A stretch of DNA of 64,000 nucleotides, taken from NCBI RefSeq assembly GCF_028066395.1, contig NZ_JALCBM010000003.1, forward strand, positions 9,703 to 73,702, read 5' to 3'. The position numbers and the translations under genes are program-made. This DNA comes from Ruegeria sp. (lineage in GTDB: Bacteria; Pseudomonadota; Alphaproteobacteria; Rhodobacterales; Rhodobacteraceae). Shown here piece by piece: positions 18,701 through 25,625 of this stretch; positions within the stretch are counted from its first letter, which is position 1, and the number at the start of each line of letters is the position of its first letter. A model generated the notes under the pieces. It did no database searches and had not been told where the DNA came from. It saw only the letters and a list, made by a program, of their open reading frames with translations.

Positions 18701-18796
18701 ATTGTCGAATTCCCCGGAACCGATGGCAAATCCTACAAGGCAAAGATCGTGGACCCGATCTTCTTTGATAAAGACGGGGAGAAGCAGAATGTCTGA
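15782..18796 (+). CDS. soxA: Sarcosine oxidase subunit alpha
   Basis: GDTLASALLAN, RSFKYHRPRG, KRYTTLGMATDQGK and a GcvT-like C-terminus; true start MSTRLAKQGR at 15782. Confidence 0.96.
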   Translation: MSTRLAKQGRLIDRSKQVTFTFNGTSMQGYEGDTLASALLANDQMMMGRSFKYHRPRGVVASGAEEPNALVGLGQGSRFEPNQRATTTELFNGLTAISQNHWPNLEFDIGAVNTALARFLPAGFYYKTFIHPKPFWKHVYEPFIRQSAGLGKAPDKETKDADTYEHFYAFADVLVIGGGVAGLQAAKAAAASGAKVMLIEQTAHWGGRAPVDGGTINDEPVDKFVEQLVSELETMDNVTLRTRCMGAGVYDHGYVLGYERLTDHKPGTQGPRHRLWRIRAKQVVTATGAIERPLSFAGNDVPGVMLASAMRDYVVNWGVTPGQRVIVATNNDDAYRTAITLKQAGVDVLRVVDARAAAGPLAEEARQLGIRVDPGKAIAKVKGGKRVKKVAICNQDGIGGAREEVEADAVAMSGGWSPVVHMWSHCGGKLIWDEAQAHFRPDPSRPPLGADGEGFVLAAGSSNGPLALGEVLSDAHAAGKAAAKAAGFKPKNIKAPTGEATTEAAMEPVWLMPANADIQLRMKSWLDFQNDVKVSDVQLAAREGYESVEHTKRYTTLGMATDQGKLSNINGLAILADALDAEIPKVGTTTFRPPYTPISMGAIGGEARGDTFQPIRQTPMHNWHDKNGADWEPVGHWRRTYAYVRPGESVHDAVNREVKNTRENLGLLDASTLGKLIVKGPDAGKFLDMMYTNMMSTLKVRKCRYGLMCSENGFLIDDGVVARIDEDTWLCHTTTGGAERIHGHMEEWLQTEWWDWKVYVANVTEQYAQVAVVGPNARKVLEKLGGMDVSREALPFMEWRDGKIGDFDCRAYRISFSGELSYEIAVPASQGQAFWDALMEAGKEFGVMPYGTECLHILRAEKGFIMIGDETDGTVIPQDLGLHWALSKKKEDYLGKRAQERSHMADPERWKLVGLETVDGSVLPDGAYAVGEGINANGQRNMIGRVTSTYYSANLGKGIAMGLIKHGPDRMGEIVEFPGTDGKSYKAKIVDPIFFDKDGEKQNV

Positions 18797-19355
18797 ACCC
18801 ATCAGCGCACTGAACCACGCCAGCTATGACGGCATCGCCAGGGTCGAGGAATGCGGCCTGCAGGGCATGATCACCCTGCGGGGCGATCTGTCCGACAAGG
18901 TGCTGGCCAAGGCCGTCAAGGACGCAACTGGCCAGAAAATGCCCGCTCAGCGTGAGGCTCTGGTCGATGGCGATACCGGCGTTTGCTGGATGTCCACCGA
19001 CGAATTGCTGGTGCTTGTGCCTTATGCCGAGGTTGAGGCCAAACTGGCGGCGATGGCAAACGCACTCAGCGGCACCCACGCGCTGGCGGTGAACGTCTCG
19101 GACGCCCGCGCGGTGTTCCGTATCTCGGGGGCAACTGCGCGAGAGGTGTTGGGCAAACTGTCCCCGGTCGATCTGTCGGCCGAGGCCTTTCAACCCGGCC
19201 AAATCCGCCGCTCGCGCCTTGCACAGGTGGCGGGCGCGTTCTGGATGGATGACGCGGAAACTTTCCGTGTTGTCTGTTTCCGTTCGGCTGCGGATTATGC
19301 GTTCAACCTGCTCAAGATCGCGGCGCAGCCGGGCAGTGAGGTTGGGGTCTACTGA
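18789..19355 (+). CDS. soxG: Sarcosine oxidase subunit gamma
   Basis: Overlaps the soxA end; WMSTDELL, NVSDAR and CFRS.ADY motifs. Confidence 0.93.
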   Translation: MSEPISALNHASYDGIARVEECGLQGMITLRGDLSDKVLAKAVKDATGQKMPAQREALVDGDTGVCWMSTDELLVLVPYAEVEAKLAAMANALSGTHALAVNVSDARAVFRISGATAREVLGKLSPVDLSAEAFQPGQIRRSRLAQVAGAFWMDDAETFRVVCFRSAADYAFNLLKIAAQPGSEVGVY

Positions 19356-19423
19356 GTTGCCATGATTAACTGAACTTCTCACGCATCACGTGTGGCGCTC
19401 AGCCGCACGAATTTACACGATTT

Positions 19424-19460
19424 AAAAAGCGTTCCATGTTGATCCGTGGAGCGTTTTTTT
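19424..19460 (+). terminator. Terminator-like hairpin after the sox operon
   Basis: AAAAAGCGTTCCATG / CGTGGAGCGTTTTTTT with G-U pairs and a U-tract. Confidence 0.6.
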
Positions 19461-19490
19461 GTTTGTTGATATACAAACAGGAGTTGATTC

Positions 19491-19910
19491 ATGATTAAAA
19501 AGCTTTCCTTCGCAACCGGACTGTTCTTCGCGTTGACCAACACAGCTATGGCTGACCTGACGATCTATGATTGTACGCCATACAACATCGAAAAACAGTA
19601 TGGTTGGATATCCGAACGCATCATCGTAATTGTCGACGAAGAAACAAAGTCCGCCTCTGTGCTGGATGGGTACATCCAATATGTGCACAAAGAACCGATT
19701 GCCGTGTCCTATTCCGAACTCAAAAATGGAAAGTTCCGCGTGCAATGGAGCGTTTCCGGAATCCCGGTGCGGGGGAATGCAAAGGGCAGCGCGTCTTGGA
19801 GCGCTACAGTCAGCCCAAGCAAAGCTGAAATGCAGGTAAGGGCGACAGTTGCCGGTTTTGACAATCGCCCCAGAGGGCATGGTAAATGCGAGGTTAGCCG
19901 AGAGCAGTGA
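19491..19910 (+). CDS. Hypothetical secreted protein (low-GC islet)
   Basis: AGGAG RBS; signal peptide ending AMA; two Cys near the termini of the mature chain. Confidence 0.8.
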   Translation: MIKKLSFATGLFFALTNTAMADLTIYDCTPYNIEKQYGWISERIIVIVDEETKSASVLDGYIQYVHKEPIAVSYSELKNGKFRVQWSVSGIPVRGNAKGSASWSATVSPSKAEMQVRATVAGFDNRPRGHGKCEVSREQ

Positions 19911-19937
19911 GCGCTCTTTCGAAAATCTAAATTCTCT

Positions 19938-19988
19938 CTGAGAAAAGCGCCGAGACCCCAAAAGCGGGATTTCAGCGCTCTTTCTCAG
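19938..19988. terminator. Imperfect inverted repeat between convergent genes
   Basis: CTGAGAAAAGCGC ... GCGCTCTTTCTCAG. Confidence 0.5.
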
Positions 19989-19997
19989 GTGGCTATC

Positions 19998-20396
19998 CTA
20001 GCTTGATTTCAAGACGCAACTTCCAGTCCCGAAGGGTTTGTTCGATGCGCTTGTGTTTGCAAAACTGGCTCGAATTCTGACAGTGTTCTGTTTTGTATCA
20101 AGGTTGGCCTGATACTTCATCCGCAGATTCTGACCGTCGCTCGCACGCAATGTGACATTCCAAAGAATTCGGTATTCGCCGTCATTGCGCAGTTTGTACT
20201 TGGCGTCGGTCCAGTCGTGATAGTTGCTATGAACTTTCGCATCGCGCCCGGCAGTATTTATCTGAAAGCTGTAATCAGGCGGGACCCATCCAAGCCCTGA
20301 CTCTTTGGTGATTTTGCATTCATATGTGGCCGTCGATGCAGCCGCTGCCTGAATGCCAATGATGCCTGCTATCAAAGTTGCAATCGAAATCTTCAT
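19998..20396 (-). CDS. Hypothetical secreted protein, distant paralog of 19491-19910
   Basis: Signal peptide ending AAA; shares Y.C, GW, G.(F/Y)R..W.V and N(R/K)P.G.G.C motifs with its neighbour. Confidence 0.8.
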   Translation of the reverse strand: MKISIATLIAGIIGIQAAAASTATYECKITKESGLGWVPPDYSFQINTAGRDAKVHSNYHDWTDAKYKLRNDGEYRILWNVTLRASDGQNLRMKYQANLDTKQNTVRIRASFANTSASNKPFGTGSCVLKSS

Positions 20397-20501
20397 TTAT
20401 CGCTAACCTTACTCGTTTTCCGTCCCGACAGTTCAACAACTGTGGCGTGAGCCGCGCAAGTCAAAAAACACGTTTTGGTGATCACATTTTTCGGGACCGT
20501 G

Positions 20502-21260
20502 TCAGCTGATCAAAAGGCTTTGGTATTTCAGCAATTCAGGTTTCTGGAGAAGCTTTTGAAGATCTATTGGTTGCCCCGAGGCAGACTTGAAGCTTGTATA
20601 AAAAGACAGGCTTTCAAGTAACTCGCGCGTCTGGTCGAGCCTTTTTTCGTCAGGCAGAAGCGGCGAGTGCAATGACAAATACAGCGCAGGCCGCACTGTT
20701 TCGAGCCATTCCAAAAGCGTCGGCAACACAAAGAATTCCGCCCCCTCGATATCCATCTTGACCAAAGACACCTCTGACAGATCATTCGCCGCCACGAACT
20801 GATCCCAGGCGATGGTCAATGCGTCGCTGCCGTGGTCTCCATCATGCAGAAGCGAGCTTGTGGAATCGCCGCGTTCACCCCGGACCGAGGCCATTCGGGC
20901 GGTGCCGAACCTGTCCGAAAGCGCCACGCCAAAGGCTGACACGTTTTGAATATCGTTCAGATCGAGGTTCCAGGCCAGATGGCGGAACGCGGTTGGGTCG
21001 GGTTCAAAGCACCACACATGGCGTGCCTTGCGGGCACCATAGAGGACGGTGGGCCCGATCCACGCGCCGATATCCAGATAATCGCGTTCCGGCGACAGGT
21101 GCTTGTCCAGAACCGCAAATGTCTCGGGCTCCCACGCGCCGGCGGATGCCTTGCGCCAGAATTTCGAATGGTAGGGGTCCAGGCGGAAAGGTTCTCCGTT
21201 CAGGTTGCCCGCATAGTATCCACGGGCGCGGTAGAACATCTTGCGCGCTTTGGTCAGCAT
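20502..21260 (-). CDS. FkbM-family methyltransferase
   Basis: YLDIGAWIG, FEPDP and LVKMDIEGAE motifs; ATG 21260 after GGAGG. The track ORF extension is the antisense of sodB. Confidence 0.9.
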   Translation of the reverse strand: MLTKARKMFYRARGYYAGNLNGEPFRLDPYHSKFWRKASAGAWEPETFAVLDKHLSPERDYLDIGAWIGPTVLYGARKARHVWCFEPDPTAFRHLAWNLDLNDIQNVSAFGVALSDRFGTARMASVRGERGDSTSSLLHDGDHGSDALTIAWDQFVAANDLSEVSLVKMDIEGAEFFVLPTLLEWLETVRPALYLSLHSPLLPDEKRLDQTRELLESLSFYTSFKSASGQPIDLQKLLQKPELLKYQSLLIS

Positions 21261-21359
21261 CGCCTGCCTCCGGGTTTTCTTGTCTCGGCCCTTGACCTCG
21301 TGGCGATGCCAAAGCATTAAAACTTGGGAACGCAACTTATATTTAAACAGGGGGCCGAG

Positions 21360-21959
21360 ATGGCTTTTGAACTTCCTGATCTTCCTTATGCACATGACGC
21401 GCTGGCAGCCAAGGGCATGTCCGCCGAAACACTGGAATATCACCACGACCTGCACCACAAGGCCTATGTCGACAACGGCAACAAGCTGATTGCGGGCACC
21501 GAATGGGACGGCAAGTCGCTGGAAGAGATCATCGTTGGCACCTACGACGCGAATGCGGTGGCGCAGAACGGTATCTTCAACAACATCAGCCAGCTGTGGA
21601 ACCACAACCAGTTCTGGGAGATGATGGGCCCCGGCGCGGGCGCCATGCCCGGTGAGCTGGAAAAGGCGCTGACCGAAAGCTTTGGTTCGGTTGACGAATT
21701 CAAATCGCAGTTCAGCGCCGCTGGTGCCGGTCAGTTCGGTTCGGGCTGGGCATGGCTGGTCAAGAACGCCGACGGCTCGCTGGCCGTGACCAAGACCGAG
21801 AACGGCGTGAACCCGCTGTGCTTTGGTCAGACCGCGCTGCTGGGGTGCGACGTGTGGGAGCATTCCTACTACATCGACTTCCGCAACAAGCGCCCGGCCT
21901 ATCTGTCGAACTTCCTCGACAATCTGGTGAACTGGGAAAACGTTGCTTCGCGCATGTGA
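21360..21959 (+). CDS. sodB: Fe/Mn superoxide dismutase
   Basis: MAFELPDLPY, HHDLHHKAYV, WNHNQFW, QFGSGWAWL and DVWEHSYY motifs. Confidence 0.96.
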   Translation: MAFELPDLPYAHDALAAKGMSAETLEYHHDLHHKAYVDNGNKLIAGTEWDGKSLEEIIVGTYDANAVAQNGIFNNISQLWNHNQFWEMMGPGAGAMPGELEKALTESFGSVDEFKSQFSAAGAGQFGSGWAWLVKNADGSLAVTKTENGVNPLCFGQTALLGCDVWEHSYYIDFRNKRPAYLSNFLDNLVNWENVASRM

Positions 21960-21982
21960 TCCGACACAGGAATGTATTTCTG

Positions 21983-22017
21983 GGGCCTGTCAGCGTCATG
22001 CTGGCAGGCCCTTTTTT
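21983..22017 (+). terminator. Rho-independent terminator of sodB
   Basis: GGGCCTGTCAGC-GTCAT-GCTGGCAGGCCC followed by T6. Confidence 0.88.
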
Positions 22018-22114
22018 GTCTGCACAGGACGTCCAATGGGCAAACTGCCTGTAACAGCCACCAAGAGGCTGCGTTTAGGAAAATGAGCTTAGAACACCCC
22101 GTCGCGAAGCGAGC

Positions 22115-22762
22115 CTAATCTTGGTCGAGCTGCTTGGATGGTTCAATTCCCAGCACGCCACGCAAATCTTTTCGTGTGCTGTCAACAAAATGAAACGCAC
22201 GCCATCCGCACTCGATTGCAGCGGGGACGTTCTTAGGGCAGTCGTCGATCAGAAGCATCCGTTCCGGTTCAACCCCCAATGTATCTGTGACGTGCCTAAA
22301 GAAGGCCGGGTCCGGTTTGCGTACACCCATGCGACCTGAGGCGAACAGGTGTTCCACCCGGGCCGAATACCCCATCTCATTTTCGATGTAACTCGCGCCG
22401 CGCGCCTCATTATTGGTGACGATGATCTGCCGTATGTTCTGGCCGTGGAGTATATCCATTACCGCTTCGACTTCGGTATCTGGAAGCGCGTCATTCTCAA
22501 ACCAATAGGTGAGCACTGTGTCGGCTCCGCCGGTGTAGCCGACCTGTTGCGCCCAATCTTCGATGCGGTCGCGCAGGTCCACTTTGCCAGTGATCACATC
22601 ATCAAACCCGTTGCGAAAAATTTGGGTTGTGAAGTCATCAAGGGAAAAGCCGATGTCAATTTCAAACCGGTCGGCCCAAACGAAGCGCCCATCCACAATG
22701 TTTCGGTTCAAAACGCCGTCGAAATCCCATGCGACAATTGTTTTTGGGTCAAGTGTTGCCAT
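22115..22762 (-). CDS. HAD-superfamily hydrolase
   Basis: WDFDGVL, VTNN, RKPDPAFF and LIDD motifs. Confidence 0.9.
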   Translation of the reverse strand: MATLDPKTIVAWDFDGVLNRNIVDGRFVWADRFEIDIGFSLDDFTTQIFRNGFDDVITGKVDLRDRIEDWAQQVGYTGGADTVLTYWFENDALPDTEVEAVMDILHGQNIRQIIVTNNEARGASYIENEMGYSARVEHLFASGRMGVRKPDPAFFRHVTDTLGVEPERMLLIDDCPKNVPAAIECGWRAFHFVDSTRKDLRGVLGIEPSKQLDQD

Positions 22763-22810
22763 GCCGTTGAGCCTAGGGGAGCGTCACAGCAAAGGCCATA
22801 GGCGGGTAAT

Positions 22811-22953
22811 TGGATGGGGAGAGAGGGTTGGCGATCAAGCTGTCCCGGTGTTCCGGTGGAAACCTGCCGATACGTCAAGTTTCGATCTGAAACCTCTTGT
22901 GAGCCCCCCGGCAGTACCTAGCTATACTATGCGGAAGGAGAGAGCCGCCAACC
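22811..22953. ncRNA. Structured non-coding element, resembling an orphan IS110-family 5' non-coding end (bridge-RNA-like)
   Basis: Nested stems GGTTGGCG/CGCCAACC, TTCCG/CGGAA, CTGCCG/CGGCAG and GTTTC/GAAAC separated by internal loops. The IS110 resemblance is from memory, not from a search. Confidence 0.5.
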
Positions 22954-23060
22954 AATAAAAGACCTGCCGAACCCGCGTGCGGAAAACTCGTCCGCGCGCA
23001 GCGGTTGGTTTGTGTCTGACACAACGAGGGAAGCCAGTTCAGCCTTTACAGGAGATCACA

Positions 23061-23513
23061 ATGGCAGCACTTGAACAGGGAACATGGGTCATCATCGCGG
23101 ATGGTGAAAAGGCTTTGGTGATGGAGAATGTCACCGACGCGCAGGACCCCAATCTGGTGGTTGTATCGGTCGAAGAACCGGACACCCGTCAGACAAAGCC
23201 CAGCGACCGGGCCGGGCGTCGCTATGATGGCGGGCCAAGGCAGAAATCGGCGGTCGAGGAAGATACATGGAAATCCCATGCCAAGTCGCTGTTCGTGCAG
23301 GACGTGGCCAATCTGTTGAACCGAAAGGGGCTGAAAGGGGCCTATAAGCGGCTGGTTCTGGTCGCCAGCCCGCATGTTTTGGGCCTGCTGCGCCGCCGCC
23401 TGCATACCGAGGTGCTGGCCAAGGTTGTGGCCGAGGTCGACAAGACCCTGACCAATCATCCCCTGCACAAGGTCGAACGGATACTCAGCGCCAAACTGGC
23501 CAGACCTGCCTGA
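23061..23513 (+). CDS. Host-attachment (AtsE / baeRF12-like) protein
   Basis: TWVIIADGEKAL, LVLVASP..LG.LR and EVDKTLTNHP motifs; AGGAG RBS. Confidence 0.88.
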   Translation: MAALEQGTWVIIADGEKALVMENVTDAQDPNLVVVSVEEPDTRQTKPSDRAGRRYDGGPRQKSAVEEDTWKSHAKSLFVQDVANLLNRKGLKGAYKRLVLVASPHVLGLLRRRLHTEVLAKVVAEVDKTLTNHPLHKVERILSAKLARPA

Positions 23514-23544
23514 TCTTCTGAACGAGCGGCGTAGGTCGCCCGTT

Positions 23545-24096
23545 TCACCCCAGCATGTCACGCAGTGTGGACATGGCAGCCTCGGGGCTATCGACCCAGG
23601 TGATGAAACCGGCCAGTGAGTCGTCGGCAAAGCCCTGATCAATCACCTGCTCCAACAATCCGCGCAGCGCGTCCCAGTAACCATCGACATTCATCACCAG
23701 AATGGGTTTGTCATGCAGGCCCAACTGGCGCCAGGTCAGCGCCTCGAACAGCTCGTCCAGTGAACCGGGGCCGCCGGGCAGCACCATCACCGCGTCGGCG
23801 TTCATGATCATGACCTTCTTGCGCTCATGCATGGTTTCCGTGATCACGAAACTGGTCAGGTCGGTCTTGCCGACCTCGCGCTGTAGCAGGTGCACCGGGA
23901 TCACGCCGAATGTGTCGCCACCTGCGGATTGGGCGGCACGCGCGACTTCGCCCATCAGGCCCACATCGCCAGCGCCATAGACCAGCCGCCAGCCCTCTGC
24001 GGCCAGCATCGTGCCGAAGTGCCGGGCCGCCTGCGCATAGGCCGGGTTCGCCCCGTTACGTGACCCGCAATACACACAGACGGATTTCTGGGACAT
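23545..24096 (-). CDS. LOG-family nucleotide phosphoribohydrolase (TIGR00730-type)
   Basis: SVCVYCGS, LVYGAG.VGLMG, MHERK and LPGGPGSLDE motifs. The track start is over-extended. Confidence 0.93.
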   Translation of the reverse strand: MSQKSVCVYCGSRNGANPAYAQAARHFGTMLAAEGWRLVYGAGDVGLMGEVARAAQSAGGDTFGVIPVHLLQREVGKTDLTSFVITETMHERKKVMIMNADAVMVLPGGPGSLDELFEALTWRQLGLHDKPILVMNVDGYWDALRGLLEQVIDQGFADDSLAGFITWVDSPEAAMSTLRDMLG

Positions 24097-24222
24097 GGAA
24101 GGGTGACTCCGGGCTTGTATTACAGGTTTTGACCCCTGATAGCGGGATTGATAGGTTGGCTCAACCGTCACGCAGAATGTGTGGAAGTCAAAGCATTTGC
24201 GCTGCGGAGTGAAAGGGAAAGA

Positions 24223-25545
24223 ATGGACGCGAAGTCTGGAAGCGGAAGCTTCGGCAGATTCATCTGGGGGGTGATTGCCGGTATCGTCGCATTGGTCGCT
24301 GCAGGCGCGCTGTACCTTGGCGGCTTTTTCGAAGCTGAAGAGGTGGCCGAGGCCCCGACCACCGAACTGACCCCGCCCGAAGAGGTGGTGACCGAGACCG
24401 TCGAGGTGGCGGAAGACGCCCCACAGGACACCGAACAGACCGAAGCGGTGGACATCCCTGCGGAGGCCCCGACCGAAGACACGGCTGAGGAGCAGACCGC
24501 CGAGGTCCAACCCGCCCCTGAGGCTCCGGTTCTGGATCAGATCTTTGTCGAGCGCGACGGCAACACCTTGTTGTCCGGCACCGCCCATCCGGGGGCTGAT
24601 ATCGCTGTGTTGCTGGACGGCGTGCCGGTGCATGAGTTCACCGTCGATGATACCGGCGAATTTGCCGTGTTCCTGACGCTGCCTTTTGCGGACGCGGCCC
24701 GGGGGCTGGCGATGGTGATGCAGGGCGATCAGCCGATCCGCTCGGACGACTATCTGATCGCGGCCTTGCCCGCACCTGAACCGGAAGATACTCCGATCGA
24801 GGTGGCGGAAGCCCCCGAAAGCGCGGAGGCCGAACCCGAAGTGCCGGTTTCTGATGTGCCTGCGACTGAGGAGACAGGGCCAACCGAAGATGAGCCCGCC
24901 GAGCCCGAGGTCGCAAGCGTCGCACCCGCAGACGCCACCGAACAGGCCCCAACGGATACCACGCCAACGCCTGCTGAAGACGTCTCGGACGTCGAACCGG
25001 ACCAGCAGGTCGCCATTCTGCGGTCGGGCGAAGATGGTGTTGAGCTGGTTCAACCTCCCGCAGCGCCCTCGACGCCCGAACAGGTGGCGCTGGACACGAT
25101 CGGGTACTCTGCTGAGGGCGAGGTGCAACTGACCGGGCGCGCAGCCGAAGGATCAGCGGTGCGGCTCTATCTTGACAACCAACTGGTCGCGGACCTGCCC
25201 GCCGGGGACGGCACATGGCGGGGTGAGCTGGATGGCATTGACCCGGGCGTCTACACCCTGCGCGTGGATGAGGTCGATACGGACGGGACCGTCGTCAGCC
25301 GCCTTGAGACGCCGTTCAAACGCGAACCGGTCGAGGTTCTGCAAGTGGCAGGGGCGGATGACGAGACCGAAGAAACACCGCCGATCCGGTCGGTCACGGT
25401 GCAGAAGGGCGATACGCTCTGGGCCATTTCGCGGGAACGGTTCGGCGACGGCATTCTGTATGTCAGGCTGTTCGATGCCAACCGGGATGCGATCCGCGAC
25501 CCGGATCTGATCTATCCCGGGCAGATCTTCACGATCCCCGAATAA
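24223..25545 (+). CDS. Membrane-anchored LysM peptidoglycan-binding protein with Ig-like domains and acidic linkers
   Basis: N-terminal TM, E/P/A/T-rich linkers, and C-terminal VQKGDTLWAIS...IRDPDLIYPGQ. Confidence 0.92.
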   Translation: MDAKSGSGSFGRFIWGVIAGIVALVAAGALYLGGFFEAEEVAEAPTTELTPPEEVVTETVEVAEDAPQDTEQTEAVDIPAEAPTEDTAEEQTAEVQPAPEAPVLDQIFVERDGNTLLSGTAHPGADIAVLLDGVPVHEFTVDDTGEFAVFLTLPFADAARGLAMVMQGDQPIRSDDYLIAALPAPEPEDTPIEVAEAPESAEAEPEVPVSDVPATEETGPTEDEPAEPEVASVAPADATEQAPTDTTPTPAEDVSDVEPDQQVAILRSGEDGVELVQPPAAPSTPEQVALDTIGYSAEGEVQLTGRAAEGSAVRLYLDNQLVADLPAGDGTWRGELDGIDPGVYTLRVDEVDTDGTVVSRLETPFKREPVEVLQVAGADDETEETPPIRSVTVQKGDTLWAISRERFGDGILYVRLFDANRDAIRDPDLIYPGQIFTIPE

Positions 25546-25625
25546 ACGCATGCACCCGGTCCCGGTTCGGGGCCGGGGCCAATCTCTGACCGCAGTTCAG
25601 GTACGTGAAGAGGTGACCATCGCCG

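Noticed and set aside
20502-21863. 453-aa extended FkbM ORF
   Set aside because: The extension is antisense to sodB; the real start is 21260.
22826-22953. SRP RNA, RNase P RNA or tmRNA identity for the structured element
   Set aside because: It lacks the SRP GGAA-tetraloop domain IV motif, the RNase P GAGGAAAGUCC signature and tRNA-like ends.
24330-25080. Acidic low-complexity stretches in the LysM gene as DNA repeats
   Set aside because: They reflect amino-acid compositional bias (E/P/A/T linkers), with no true tandem nucleotide unit.
23545-25128. 527-aa extended LOG ORF
   Set aside because: The extension is antisense to the LysM gene; the LOG domain starts at 24096.
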